A stretch of 46,786 nt of DNA from an uncultured Acidobacteriota bacterium. GTDB lineage: Bacteria > Actinomycetota > Acidimicrobiia > Spongiisociales > ZC4RG35. The notes under the pieces are model-generated. The model searched no databases, was not told where the DNA came from, and worked only from the letters and a program-made list of their open reading frames with translations. Below, one piece after another: positions 1 through 9,918 of the stretch. The stretch lies in contig CAWHEU010000005.1 of NCBI GenBank assembly GCA_963828465.1, forward strand, positions 1 to 46,786, given 5' to 3'. The position numbers and the translations under genes were made by a program. The number at the start of each line of letters is the position of its first letter. Position 1 is the first letter of the stretch.

Positions 1-227
1 ACCCGCTCGACTCCCAGTCCACCGGAAACACTGAGAGTGTCATCGGCGTGCTGACGTGGTGAGTCATCGGGTGACCAGGCGACGGCGATACCCCCCTGGG
101 CCCACCACGTGGATCCCATGTCCTGGGTGGTGAGCACGTAGGCCCGGGGCAGCCCGAGCGCCACCGTCAAGCCAGCGACGCCGGCGCCAACGACAAGCGG
201 GGCGTCGAGCCGGGCGATCTCGGTCAT
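1..227 (-). CDS. nadB: L-aspartate oxidase, N-terminal part (runs off the window start)
   Basis: Manual translation from ATG 227: MTEIARLDAPLVVGAGVAGL...GSTWWAQGGIAVAWSPDDSPRQHADDTL. It has the GxGxAG FAD motif and the NadB AQGGIA...HxxDTL motif, and lies directly downstream of nadA. Confidence 0.9.
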   Translation of the reverse strand, partial: MTEIARLDAPLVVGAGVAGLTVALGLPRAYVLTTQDMGSTWWAQGGIAVAWSPDDSPRQHADDTLSVSGGLGVER

Positions 228-239
228 CGGAGGTGGCCT

Positions 240-1208
240 CTAGTCCTTACGACCGACCTCGAGCATGCGCATCACCGCTTGCCGGGCCCGATCCGCCACC
301 TCAGGCGCGATCTCGACCTGATGGGTGAGAGTGGCCAGAGAGGTCCGGATGTTGTCGAGGGTGATCCGCTTCATGTAGGGGCAGAGGTTGCAGGGCCGCA
401 CATACTCCGTGTCAGGAGTCTCCCGCGCCACGTTGTCGGCCATCGAGCACTCGGTGATCATCATCACGCGGCTCGGCTGACGGGTGGTGACCCAGTCGAT
501 CATTGCATGAGTGGATCCGACGAAATCGGCCTCGGCCAGCACGTCCGGCGGGCACTCGGGGTGGGCGATCACCGGGATGTCGCCATATGCCTTTCGGTAG
601 TCGGCGATCTCCTCTCCGGTGAACCGTTCGTGGACGATGCACGAGCCCTCCCAGATGATCACGTCGACATCGGTCTGGGTGGCGACCCATCGACCGAGGT
701 ACTGGTCGGGAGTGAAGATGACCCGGTCCACCCCGAGCGACTCCACCACGGCCACGGCGTTGGACGAAGTGCACGTGATGTCCGACTCTGCCTTGACCTC
801 GGCCGAGGTGTTGACATATGTGACCACCGGCACGCCCGGGTACTGCTCCCTGAGATTGCGGACATCGGCCCCGGTGATGCCGTCGGCCAACGAGCACCCT
901 GCCTCGAGATCCGGGATCAGGACGGTCTTGCTGGGGTTGATGATCTTGGCGGTCTCGGCCATGAAATGGACCCCGGCGAGCACGATGACTTCGGCTTCGG
1001 TGTCCAGCGCCAGCTGGGCGAGGGCGAGGGAGTCCCCGGTGATGTCCGCCGCCAGGTGATAGATGTCAGGCGTCATGTAGTTGTGGGCGGCGACGATGGC
1101 GTTCCGCTCCACTTTGAGCCGTTCGATGTCGTCGAGGATCGGGGCGAGCGCGGCCACTTCCTCTTCCGGCAGGACATCGGACGAACGCGTGATCTGGAGG
1201 GTGGTCAT
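240..1208 (-). CDS. nadA: Quinolinate synthase A
   Basis: AHNY, GDSL, GVHFMAETAK, GCSLA, YVNTSAEVKA, CIVHE, AHPEC, CPYMK motifs with the Fe-S cysteines. Confidence 0.97.
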   Translation of the reverse strand: MTTLQITRSSDVLPEEEVAALAPILDDIERLKVERNAIVAAHNYMTPDIYHLAADITGDSLALAQLALDTEAEVIVLAGVHFMAETAKIINPSKTVLIPDLEAGCSLADGITGADVRNLREQYPGVPVVTYVNTSAEVKAESDITCTSSNAVAVVESLGVDRVIFTPDQYLGRWVATQTDVDVIIWEGSCIVHERFTGEEIADYRKAYGDIPVIAHPECPPDVLAEADFVGSTHAMIDWVTTRQPSRVMMITECSMADNVARETPDTEYVRPCNLCPYMKRITLDNIRTSLATLTHQVEIAPEVADRARQAVMRMLEVGRKD

Positions 1209-1294
1209 GGGCTCTCCCGCTAGGCGAATTCAGTGTAGGAGAGGCCCGTGTGCAGGGAGCCACCGCCAGGGATGGGCCGATGCACACGACTCCG

Positions 1295-2497
1295 CTACAT
1301 GTGGCCGATCACCGCGTCGCCGAACTCGGAGGTCTTGACCTCGGTGGCGTCGTTGGTGAGACGAGCGAAGTCGTAGGTAACCGTCCTGGCCTTGATCGCT
1401 CCCTCCAGGCCCTGGATGATCAGATCCGCCGCCTCGGTCCAACCCAGATAGCGGAACATCATCTCCCCGGAGAGGATCACCGATCCCGGGTTCACCTTGT
1501 CCTGATTCGCATATTTGGGGGCCGTGCCGTGAGTTGCCTCGAAAACGGCCACTCCGGTGTCGTAGTTGATGTTGCCTCCGGGGGCGATCCCGATGCCCCC
1601 CACCTGCGCGGCCAGGGCGTCCGAGATGTAGTCGCCATTCAGGTTGGTCGTGGCGATGACGTCGTAGTTGGCCGGGCGGGTGAGGACTTGCTGGAGCATG
1701 GCGTCGGCGATCACATCCTGGACCAGGAGCTTGTCTCCCGGCTCGCCACCGCTGTCCTCCCACGACACCGCCACGTCGGAGAACTCCTCTTTGACCAGCT
1801 CGTAGCCCCAGCTGCGGAAGGCCCCCTCGGTGAACTTCTGGATGTTTCCCTTGTGAACGAGGGTCACCGATCTGCGCCCGTTGGCCAGGGCATACTTGAT
1901 CGCCGCCCGAACCAGGCGCTTGGAACCGGTGATCGAGATCGGCTTGAGGCCGATCCCGGAATCGGGGCGCACCTCCCACCCGTATTCCGACTTCACCCAT
2001 TCGATGAGACGGGCAGAATCCTCCGTGTTGGCCTCCAGCTCGAGCCCGGCGTACACGTCTTCGGTGTTCTCCCGGAAGATCACCATGTCGACCTGACCCG
2101 GGTCCTTTACCGGCGAAGGCACTCCTTCGAACCAGCGCACGGGGCGAACGCAGGCGTAGAGGTCCATGATCTGCCGCAGGGCAACGTTGAGGGAGCGAAT
2201 GCCACCTCCCACCGGAGTGGTCAGCGGCCCCTTGATCCCGACCAGCTGATCACGGAAGGCGTCGACGGTCTCGTCGGGCAGCCACGTCCCGGTCTCGGTG
2301 AAGGCCTTCTCCCCCGCCAGCACCTCCTTCCAGGCCACCGCTCGTTCGTCGCCGTAGGCGCCCTTGACTGCGGCGTCGAACACGCGTATCGAGGCCGCCC
2401 AGATATCCGGGCCGATCCCGTCACCCTCGATGAACGGGATGATCGGGTCATCGGGCACGACAAGACCGTCCGGGCCCATGGTGATCGACGTTGCCAT
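1295..2497 (-). CDS. icd: NADP-dependent isocitrate dehydrogenase (dimeric, E. coli type)
   Basis: [59 protein letters not shown]. Confidence 0.97.
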   Translation of the reverse strand: MATSITMGPDGLVVPDDPIIPFIEGDGIGPDIWAASIRVFDAAVKGAYGDERAVAWKEVLAGEKAFTETGTWLPDETVDAFRDQLVGIKGPLTTPVGGGIRSLNVALRQIMDLYACVRPVRWFEGVPSPVKDPGQVDMVIFRENTEDVYAGLELEANTEDSARLIEWVKSEYGWEVRPDSGIGLKPISITGSKRLVRAAIKYALANGRRSVTLVHKGNIQKFTEGAFRSWGYELVKEEFSDVAVSWEDSGGEPGDKLLVQDVIADAMLQQVLTRPANYDVIATTNLNGDYISDALAAQVGGIGIAPGGNINYDTGVAVFEATHGTAPKYANQDKVNPGSVILSGEMMFRYLGWTEAADLIIQGLEGAIKARTVTYDFARLTNDATEVKTSEFGDAVIGHM

Positions 2498-2607
2498 TGA
2501 GACTCCCTGGAAAATTGGTAGGAAACGCCGAGGTTAGCTGTGCCCCATCTCCCGGATTCCAGAGCCCCTTGGCTAGATGCTCGAACCTGAACGGTCGGCG
2601 CGACTCT

Positions 2608-3456
2608 TTAGGACCCTCGCCTTTTCCGGGCCGCTTCCAGAGTGTTGACCAGGAGCATGGCCCGAGTCATGGGGCCCACGCCTCCGGGAACAGGTGTGAT
2701 CGAGCCGGCCACCTCTCGAACGGATTCGAAGTCCACATCGCCGGCAAGCCCGTCCTCGACACGGCTGATCCCCACATCGATAACCGCAGCGCCGGGCTTT
2801 ACATACTCGGCAGTCACCATTCGGGGGACCCCGATCGCGGCGACGAGGATGTCGGCACCGCGGGACACCTCGACCAGGTGAGGCGTCCTGGAGTGAGCCA
2901 TCGTGACTGTGGCGTCGACTCCCTTGGTCGCCATCATCAGGGCGAGTGGGCGGCCCACGAGAAACGACCGCCCGATGACTACGGCGGTCTTTCCCGCAAC
3001 ACCTACTCCGTTGTCCTCGAGCATCCTCATGATCCCGCTCGGAGTGCACGGTCTGAGACCAGGCCGGCCAAGGAGAAGTAGCCCGAGATTGTGGGGGTGC
3101 AGGCCATCGACATCCTTGGCCGGGTCGATCGATGACACGATCCTCTCCGAATCGAGCCCTTCGGGAAGCGGCAGCTGAACGAGGATCCCGTCGACGGCGT
3201 TGTCCTCGTTGAGCCCCGCGATGACGTCCTCCAGCTCGTCCTGCCCGATGTCGGCGCGGAGCTCGTGGTGGAACGACTGGATCCCCACCTCCGCGGCGTC
3301 GCTCCGCTTTCCCCGCACATAGGTGTGCGAAGCGGGATCGTCGCCAACCAGGACCGTTGCCAGCCCGGGCTGGTAGTCGAGGTCGGCGACGGCGGCCGAC
3401 ACCTCGGACTTCACCTTCCGGGCAGATTCCTTACCGTCGAGTACCAGTGCGCTCAT
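2608..3456 (-). CDS. folD: Bifunctional methylenetetrahydrofolate dehydrogenase/cyclohydrolase
   Basis: PGLATVLVGDDPAS..YV, VQLPLP, KDVDG, PCTP, TPVPGGVGPMT. Start overlaps the purH stop. Confidence 0.97.
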   Translation of the reverse strand: MSALVLDGKESARKVKSEVSAAVADLDYQPGLATVLVGDDPASHTYVRGKRSDAAEVGIQSFHHELRADIGQDELEDVIAGLNEDNAVDGILVQLPLPEGLDSERIVSSIDPAKDVDGLHPHNLGLLLLGRPGLRPCTPSGIMRMLEDNGVGVAGKTAVVIGRSFLVGRPLALMMATKGVDATVTMAHSRTPHLVEVSRGADILVAAIGVPRMVTAEYVKPGAAVIDVGISRVEDGLAGDVDFESVREVAGSITPVPGGVGPMTRAMLLVNTLEAARKRRGS

Positions 3457-4964
3457 CAGTGCTTGAAGTGCCTTCGCCCGGCAAACACGAGGGCGATCCC
3501 ATGCTCGTTGGCCGCATCGACCAGGTCCTGGTCGTTTCGAGACCCCCCCGGCTCCACCACTGCGGTGACACCCGAACGAGCCAGGGCGTCCAGACCGTCG
3601 CGAAACGGGAAGAAGGCGTCGGAGGCAGCGACGGCGCCTTCCGACCGCTCACCCGCCCGGGCCACGGCCCGCTCCGCAGCCCCGACCCTCGACTGATCTC
3701 CGGCGCCGACACCAACCGCTGCACGGTCCTTCACCACGACGATGGCGTTCGACTTGGTGTGCATCGCAACCGTCCAGGCAAACTCGAGCTCGGCCGTCTC
3801 GATATCGGTCGGCTGGCGCTCGGAAACGACCTCCCACTCCTCGCCGACGGTCGTGTCACGCTCCTGGATCAGCACGCCGAACTCGACCCGGCGCAAATCG
3901 GGATCATCGCCGCCCGGCGCCGCGGCTTCGAGGAGCCGCACGTTCTCCTTCGACGCCAACACTTCTCTCGCCTCGTCTTCCACGGCCGAACAGACCACGA
4001 CCTCGACGAACTTGTCGGCGATGGACTTCGCAGTGGTGGCATCGAGAGTGCCGTTGATTCCGATCACACCGCCGAACGCGGAAAGCGGGTCACACGCCCA
4101 TGCTCGCTCGAACGTGTCGGCCACATCTTCGCCGTACGCGGCACCACAAGCGTTCGTGTGTTTGATGATCGCGACGGAGCCTTCTTGGTCTGAGACCAGC
4201 CTCCAAGCTGCCTCGGCGTCGACGTAGTTGTTGTACGACATCTCCTTGCCCTGGAGCTGCTTCGCCCCCGCCCACCAGGGGCCAGCCCCGTCCTCGACGT
4301 AGATCGAGCCGGGCTGATGCGGGTTTTCGCCGTAACGCAGGTCGGCGAAATGGCGCAGCGGTAGCACCCGATCCTGGCCGATCCAGCCAACGATCGCGGC
4401 GTCATAAGAGGCGGTGTGGAAGAACGCCTCGGCGGCGAGTGCCCGTCTGAGGTCATCGTCGAGGCCTCCGGCCTCGACAGCCCCGGCCACCCTGTCGTAC
4501 TGACGAGCGGAGGTCACGACGCCGACGTAACGGTGATTCTTCGCCGCGGCGCGGATCATCGTCGGCCCGCCTATATCGATCTTCTCGATGATCTCGGATT
4601 CGGTTGCACCCGGCGTGGCAAGCGTCTCCCGGAACGGGTAGAGGCTCACGACGACCAGCTGGAATGGCTCGATCCCATTGGCCTCGAGGTCGGCCAGGTC
4701 GCTCTCGTCATCAGTCCGCGCCAGGATCGCGCCGTGGATCGATGGGTGGAGGGTCTTGACCCTGCCTCCCAGCATCTCGGGGGCCCCGGTGACCTCGGCC
4801 ACGGTGTTCACCTCGATGCCGGCGACCGTCAACGCAACAGCAGTACCTCCTGAGGAGACGATTTCGACGCCGGCCGCGGCCAGGCGCTCGGCGAACTGAA
4901 CCAGACCCGTCTTGTCATAGACACTGATCAGTGCGCGCCGCACCCCGATACGACTCAATCCCAT
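3456..4964 (-). CDS. purH: Bifunctional AICAR transformylase/IMP cyclohydrolase
   Basis: ALISVYDKTGL, GRVKTLHP, IDIGGPTMIRAAAKN, LRYGENPHQ, KSNAI, ASDAFFPF, RHFKH. Confidence 0.97.
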   Translation of the reverse strand: MGLSRIGVRRALISVYDKTGLVQFAERLAAAGVEIVSSGGTAVALTVAGIEVNTVAEVTGAPEMLGGRVKTLHPSIHGAILARTDDESDLADLEANGIEPFQLVVVSLYPFRETLATPGATESEIIEKIDIGGPTMIRAAAKNHRYVGVVTSARQYDRVAGAVEAGGLDDDLRRALAAEAFFHTASYDAAIVGWIGQDRVLPLRHFADLRYGENPHQPGSIYVEDGAGPWWAGAKQLQGKEMSYNNYVDAEAAWRLVSDQEGSVAIIKHTNACGAAYGEDVADTFERAWACDPLSAFGGVIGINGTLDATTAKSIADKFVEVVVCSAVEDEAREVLASKENVRLLEAAAPGGDDPDLRRVEFGVLIQERDTTVGEEWEVVSERQPTDIETAELEFAWTVAMHTKSNAIVVVKDRAAVGVGAGDQSRVGAAERAVARAGERSEGAVAASDAFFPFRDGLDALARSGVTAVVEPGGSRNDQDLVDAANEHGIALVFAGRRHFKH

Positions 4965-5557
4965 CTCACCTTTCGCCCCTCCACCATGATCTCGCCCCTG
5001 GCGAGGGCGGCCACTACTTTCGGGTATAGATCGTGCTCTTCGACCTGGATGCGGGCATGCAAGCTGTCCCGATCGTCGTCGGATAGGACCGGGACGGCCC
5101 GCTGGGCGATGATCGGCCCGTGATCGACCTCCTCGTCCACGAAATGAACGGTAACCCCTGTCATCTTCACCCCATGTTCCAACGCCTGGTCGACGGCGTG
5201 GGCTCCGGGAAAAGCGGGCAGCAAGGAGGGATGGATGTTGAGGATCTGGTTCCTGAATGCGCCGACGAGCTCATTGCCGAGGACCCGCATGAACCCCGCT
5301 AGCACCACGAGTTCGACATCCTCCTTCTCGATCTCCTCCTTGACGGCGGTGGAGAACTCGCTCCGGGTGCCATAGTCGCCCCAGGGCAGCACCTTGGTCG
5401 GGATGCCGGCGCCACGGGCCCGGTCCAGGGCGGTCGCGTCCGCCCGATCGGAGAGAACCAGGCCGATGTCCCCTCCCAGGTCCGGAGCATCGATCAATGC
5501 CTGGAGATTGGTGCCGGAGCCCGAGGCGAGGACTGCGATGTTGATGATGACCTCCAC
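4955..5557 (-). CDS. purN: Phosphoribosylglycinamide formyltransferase
   Basis: NIAVLASGSGTNLQA, LAGFMR, NIHPSLLPAFPG, GVTVHFVD..VDHGPII. Start is GTG 5557 or ATC 5545; the ORF-track extension to 5899 overlaps the divergent rhodanese gene. Confidence 0.93.
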   Translation of the reverse strand: MEVIINIAVLASGSGTNLQALIDAPDLGGDIGLVLSDRADATALDRARGAGIPTKVLPWGDYGTRSEFSTAVKEEIEKEDVELVVLAGFMRVLGNELVGAFRNQILNIHPSLLPAFPGAHAVDQALEHGVKMTGVTVHFVDEEVDHGPIIAQRAVPVLSDDDRDSLHARIQVEEHDLYPKVVAALARGEIMVEGRKVRWD

Positions 5558-5639
5558 TCGACCCGTCGGCCGCGGCGGGAGTGTAGAGGTCGCCCGCAAA
5601 GGCCCGACAAGCCCGGCAAGCGGCTTGAATCTCATCTCC

Positions 5640-5936
5640 ATGATCGAAAACGTGCGGGCGCAGGATTGGGAAGCCTGGATCGACTCCACCGGGGGGACGG
5701 TCCTCGACATCCGGGAGCCCTTCGAATGGGAGCTTGGAGTCCTACCCGACGCGAGGCTCATCTCCATGGGTGAGATCCCCGAGCGCATCGGCGAGCTCGA
5801 CAGTGACCAGGCGTTCCTCGTCGTCTGCCGCTCGGGAGGGCGGAGCCAACAGGTCGCGGCGTATCTGGTCACGAACGGCTTCGACAAGGTGGCCAACATG
5901 ACCGGTGGGATGCACGCCTTGGGTCTCCAGGACTGA
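5640..5936 (+). CDS. Single-domain rhodanese-like sulfurtransferase
   Basis: From ATG 5640: VLDIREPFEW...G, active-site loop CRSGGRS, N(M)TGGM; 98 aa. Confidence 0.88.
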   Translation: MIENVRAQDWEAWIDSTGGTVLDIREPFEWELGVLPDARLISMGEIPERIGELDSDQAFLVVCRSGGRSQQVAAYLVTNGFDKVANMTGGMHALGLQD

Positions 5937-5983
5937 CAGACACGGTCCCAGTCGCGAGGAGGGACCTGCGAGAATCAGCCACC

Positions 5984-6427
5984 ATGGACGAGGAGCGCAG
6001 ACTGCCGGGCTGGGTGTTGCCAGTTGTCGGAGTGCTCGCAGTGGTTGCCCTGGTGTTGATTGGACTCAACCGAGAACCGCAGCAATTCGACCCCGAATCC
6101 CCCGAGGGAGCAGTCCAGTCCTATATCGCGGCATTGGTCGAGGGAGATTTCGAGACCGCCTCGTCATTCTGGGCCGAAGGCGACTGCCTCCCAGCTTCGA
6201 TCGAGCCGACCGAAGGAGCACCCGACATCTCGGCCACCCTGGTCAGTGTCGACGGGGACGAGGAGGACGCAACCGTGGTCATCGCCATCACCGACAACAC
6301 CACCGACCCCCTCGACGGCATCTCTGAGTACCAGGAGTGGTTCAACCTCGTGAACGAGGACGATGGTTGGAAGATCCGCCAGCTGTCCTGGCCTTACTGG
6401 GACCAGATCTGCGAGATGCAGTCTTGA
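5984..6427 (+). CDS. Hypothetical membrane-anchored acidic protein
   Basis: N-terminal hydrophobic helix; SPEGAVQSY and F.LV.EDDGWKI resemble small NTF2-like exported domains. Stop overlaps the next start (TTGA). Confidence 0.7.
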   Translation: MDEERRLPGWVLPVVGVLAVVALVLIGLNREPQQFDPESPEGAVQSYIAALVEGDFETASSFWAEGDCLPASIEPTEGAPDISATLVSVDGDEEDATVVIAITDNTTDPLDGISEYQEWFNLVNEDDGWKIRQLSWPYWDQICEMQS

Positions 6428-8046
6428 CCATAGAAGTACTGGCCCTTCTTGTATTCGTGGTGGTGGTGGGCGGGGTCACCGCAGTAGTGGTTCGGGTGGT
6501 CCGAGGCCGGGACAAACGGGAGGAAGAGGGTGGCCTCGATCTCATCCCGTATCTCATCCTCGCCCTCGCCGTGGTCGCGGCCGGGTTCGCTTTGGCCGCC
6601 TTGGCCAGGGCAAGCCTGACCCCCGATCGCCTCATCGGGCGGCCCACTGGTGAGATCGCCGGCGCCCTGGCCGCATTGGTCGTGGCCTCCCCCATCACCT
6701 ACCTGCTGTGGCGTCGGCAGGCCCGACGACGGAAGACGTTCCCGGCCACCCCGGGATGGCCGGTCTACCTGGCCATCATCGAGCTCGTCTTCCTGATCGC
6801 CCTCCTGACCGCAGTTAGCCAGCTGGCCGCCTTCCTCGCCGGAGAGGGCGAGCAGGCAGACTGGACCGATCTCCTGATCTACGGCTCGATCGTCGTCCTC
6901 CACTGGTGGGCTGAGCGACGTGAGGCGCCCCGAGGCGACATTGGTGACCTCCCTCGCCTCGTCGGATCCGGAGTGGCGTTGGTTGCCCTGACCATCGGCC
7001 TCATCGGCACGCTGGAATGGCTCTTCTCGATCGCCTACGAGGCCTTGTGGGGGCTCGGCGACATCCCCGACCCGGCGATACCAATCGCTCTGGCCGCGGC
7101 GGGAGGCGCGATCTGGGCCTGGCGCTGGCTTCCGTCATGGGAAGAGGAGCCAAATGTCCTGCGCAACTTCTATGTCGGGTTCGTGACCACGTTCTCCCTG
7201 ATCATGGCCATCGGAGCCGGGGTCACCATGATTGCCACACTGTTGACATTCGTGTTCGGTGAGGCGGGTCCAGCCGTCGATCACTTCGACACCTTCCCTC
7301 TCGCCTTGGCATTCGCGATTGTCGGCTGGGCCCTTTGGTATCACCACGGTCGCCGACTCGGCCCGGGCCGCACGGGGGCCCGGCGTGGTTACGAGTATGC
7401 GATGGCGGCGACGGGTCTCGGTGCCCTCGTCGGTAGCACCACCGCCCTGGTCGCCGCAGCCTTCACTCCAACCCTGGCAGGGACCAACAGTGGCTCGACG
7501 CTGTTGACCATCGTGTGTGCGGTCATCGCCTCCGGGTGGGTCTGGCTGACCTTCTGGCGGAAGGCGCAGGCGGCGCCACGCGCCGAGGAGGCCCGGGCCC
7601 TCTCCCGTCGCATCTACCTGATCGGGATGGCCATCATCCTGGGCCTGACGGCCGCCGGGGCTTTGATCGCTGTCCTGGTCGTCGTTTTTCGGGCGCTCCT
7701 CGGCGAGATCGAGGCGGACGCCGGCAGCCTGCGCATTCCGGTCACTCTCACGCTGACGGCGGGATTGGCCACGTGGCATCTGTTCGATCAGATCCGCGCC
7801 GACGGCGCCGGGGCAAAGACAATCGAGGCGAAGCCGTTCGCCGTCACAGTGATCTGCTCCCATCCGGGCACTCTCGCCACCCTGTTCCCCGAAGAGGCCA
7901 CCGTCAGGGTCCTCTATCGGGGAGACGACGCAGGGATGATCAACGAGGAGATGGCCTCTGCCATCGTCGCCGCCGTCGACAGGCGATCGTCCCTGGTCTG
8001 GGTCGACGAGAGCGGCTTCAGGCTGGCGGCGGCGAGGGAGTCCTGA
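6424..8046 (+). CDS. Polytopic membrane protein, DUF5671-like
   Basis: TTG start overlaps the upstream stop. Many TM helices in repeated units (R..Y/RRIYL...; W..HW/WHL), followed by a small soluble C-terminal domain. Confidence 0.65.
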   Translation: MTIEVLALLVFVVVVGGVTAVVVRVVRGRDKREEEGGLDLIPYLILALAVVAAGFALAALARASLTPDRLIGRPTGEIAGALAALVVASPITYLLWRRQARRRKTFPATPGWPVYLAIIELVFLIALLTAVSQLAAFLAGEGEQADWTDLLIYGSIVVLHWWAERREAPRGDIGDLPRLVGSGVALVALTIGLIGTLEWLFSIAYEALWGLGDIPDPAIPIALAAAGGAIWAWRWLPSWEEEPNVLRNFYVGFVTTFSLIMAIGAGVTMIATLLTFVFGEAGPAVDHFDTFPLALAFAIVGWALWYHHGRRLGPGRTGARRGYEYAMAATGLGALVGSTTALVAAAFTPTLAGTNSGSTLLTIVCAVIASGWVWLTFWRKAQAAPRAEEARALSRRIYLIGMAIILGLTAAGALIAVLVVVFRALLGEIEADAGSLRIPVTLTLTAGLATWHLFDQIRADGAGAKTIEAKPFAVTVICSHPGTLATLFPEEATVRVLYRGDDAGMINEEMASAIVAAVDRRSSLVWVDESGFRLAAARES

Positions 8047-8071
8047 TCACCTTCGATCCCGCACGATCCCG

Positions 8072-8639
8072 ATGACCTGGCTCGCCGAGAAATGGCTCAA
8101 ATGGCGAGGCTGGCAGTTCATCGGAGAGATGCCCGACCTGGACAAGTTTGTCCTCATCGGGGCTCCACACACCAGCAACTGGGATTTCATCCTCTATCTG
8201 GGGGCGATACGTCATTGGGAGATCTCGCCCCGATTCGTCGGCAAGCACACACTTTTTCGTTGGCCGTTCGGCTACTTCTTCAGGAAGTTCGGCGGCATCC
8301 CGGTCGACCGTGATCGACCCGGGGGCATGGTCGGCCAGGTCGTGGAGGAATTCGAGAAGTCGTCCCGCATGATCCTCGTGGTCGCCCCTGAAGGCACTCG
8401 GAAGGCGGCCCCTAACTGGAAATCGGGCTTCGCCCGGATCGCAGCCGCGGCCAAGGTCCCTGTCGTTCCGGTGGTTCTCGATTTCCCTGCAAAGACGCTG
8501 GCCGTGGGGCATCCGATCCCCTATTTCGGTGACGAGACAGGCGCTCATGGACCAGCTTCGGGTCTTCTTCGGGCCCGGAGTCGGGAAGGACGGGGAGGGC
8601 AAGGGACCCATTCGGCTCAAGGAGGAGGACTCAGTCTGA
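8072..8639 (+). CDS. 1-acyl-sn-glycerol-3-phosphate acyltransferase family (PlsC-like); +1 frameshift near 8540
   Basis: APHTSNWD (HX4D), GGIPVDR, PEGTR. Removing one G at ~8540 gives ...ETALMDQLRVFFGPGVGK...EEDSV* ending at 8639. Confidence 0.85.
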
Positions 8640-9860
8640 GTTCTCGGCGAGCCGTCGGAACTCCTCGGGGGTGACGCCGCGATCGGGGGCCGAGCCGAGT
8701 TTGAGCAGGTCTCTCCCGAATCGTTCCCTGATCCCGTCTACCGATGCATCGATGGCGCGTCGCTTGAGGTCCATCCCGCTACCGGCGCGGAGGACATCTC
8801 CCGGGTCGACCTCCAGCTCGAGCTGGAGAAACTCGTCTGTGGTGAGATTGGAGAGCGACATGCCGACGAGGGTCACAGGCTCCTCTTCGCCGTCAATCGC
8901 ACGCCGAAGCAGGACCCCGCCGAGCTCGGCCAGGGCGGCCGTCGAAGAGGTCGGCGAGGGGAGGGTGTGACTTCGGGAGACGATACGAGGCCCGGGGAAC
9001 CTCACCCGCATCGTCAGGGTCGACCCTGACCGATCCTTCTTCCGGGCGCGTCTCCCGATCCGATCGGCCAACCCGAGCACTACAACGGACAGCTCTTCCG
9101 GATCGGTCAATCCTCGACCCAGCGCTTGCTGGCTCCCGACACTTCCAGCCCTTCGCCCTCCGCGAACCATCCTTGGGTCCCGGTTCCAGGCGAGGGCGTG
9201 GAGGCTTCCCGACGCCCAAGGTCCCAGCGAAGACGAGAGGGCTCCGCGTGGCAACCCCGCCAAATCCCCGATGGTGAAGATCCCGAAGCGATGAAGACGG
9301 GCCGCAGTGACGCGGCCCACTCCCCACATCGCCTCGACCGGAAGGGGGTGAAGGAAGTCGAGCTCCGTGCCCGGAGCTACTACTACGAGACCGTTCGGTT
9401 TTGCCCGCGCCGATGCGATCTTGGCCAGGAACTTGGTTGAGGCGACGCCGACCGAGATGGGCAGCCCGACCTCGGCTGCGACACGAGACCGGATCTGTCG
9501 AGCTATTGCGGATGGTGGCCCGAGCAGATGGGTGGTACCCCTGACATCGACGAAAGCCTCGTCGATCGAGATCTGCTCGATGACGGGCGATGCGTCCTCG
9601 AGGACCTCCATGACGTGGGCCGAGAGATCGAGGTATCTCTCGAAATGCCCGTGGACGACGATGGCCTCCGGGCACAGCCGCCTGGCGTCGCGAGTCGGCA
9701 TCGGCGAGCGGACCCCGTAGGCCCGCGCCTCGTAAGACGCGGCAAGGACGATCCCTCCCCCGACAAGGACCGGCTTTCCCTTCAGGGAAGGGTCGAGGAG
9801 TTGTTCGACCGAGGCGAAGAACGCATCGAGATCGGCGTGGAGAATCGTCGGCTCTCCCAT
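8631..9860 (-). CDS. dinB: DNA polymerase IV (Y family)
   Basis: ILHADLDAFFASVEQ, AASYEAR, SIDEAF, KFLAKIAS..AKPNG, WGVG. ATG at 9860. Confidence 0.95.
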   Translation of the reverse strand: MGEPTILHADLDAFFASVEQLLDPSLKGKPVLVGGGIVLAASYEARAYGVRSPMPTRDARRLCPEAIVVHGHFERYLDLSAHVMEVLEDASPVIEQISIDEAFVDVRGTTHLLGPPSAIARQIRSRVAAEVGLPISVGVASTKFLAKIASARAKPNGLVVVAPGTELDFLHPLPVEAMWGVGRVTAARLHRFGIFTIGDLAGLPRGALSSSLGPWASGSLHALAWNRDPRMVRGGRRAGSVGSQQALGRGLTDPEELSVVVLGLADRIGRRARKKDRSGSTLTMRVRFPGPRIVSRSHTLPSPTSSTAALAELGGVLLRRAIDGEEEPVTLVGMSLSNLTTDEFLQLELEVDPGDVLRAGSGMDLKRRAIDASVDGIRERFGRDLLKLGSAPDRGVTPEEFRRLAENSD

Positions 9861-9867
9861 ACCGGCC

Positions 9868-9889
9868 AGTATGCACCGTGCCTGGGACA
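9868..9889 (-). promoter_or_regulatory. Putative PafBC/RecA-NDp-type promoter of dinB (TGTCCC-N10-CATACT), leaderless
   Basis: Spacing matches TGTCGG-N10-TANNNT; the -10 hexamer lies 7 nt upstream of the ATG. Confidence 0.55.
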
Positions 9890-9918
9890 CCTAATCCGGC
9901 CGGTACCGAGTACGGGGA

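Noticed and set aside
279-2500. Long antisense ORFs (279-1223, 1250-2500; likewise 32041-33240, 34769-36115, 44089-45534)
   Set aside because: Shadow frames of well-supported genes in high-GC DNA with no recognisable motifs.
5558-5639. ZTP (pfl) riboswitch upstream of purN-purH
   Set aside because: The conserved GACUGGCG...GUGG...CCAC and CGCCUGGG elements are not visible. The spacer is only ~80 nt and holds a -10 (TACACT) close to the SD.
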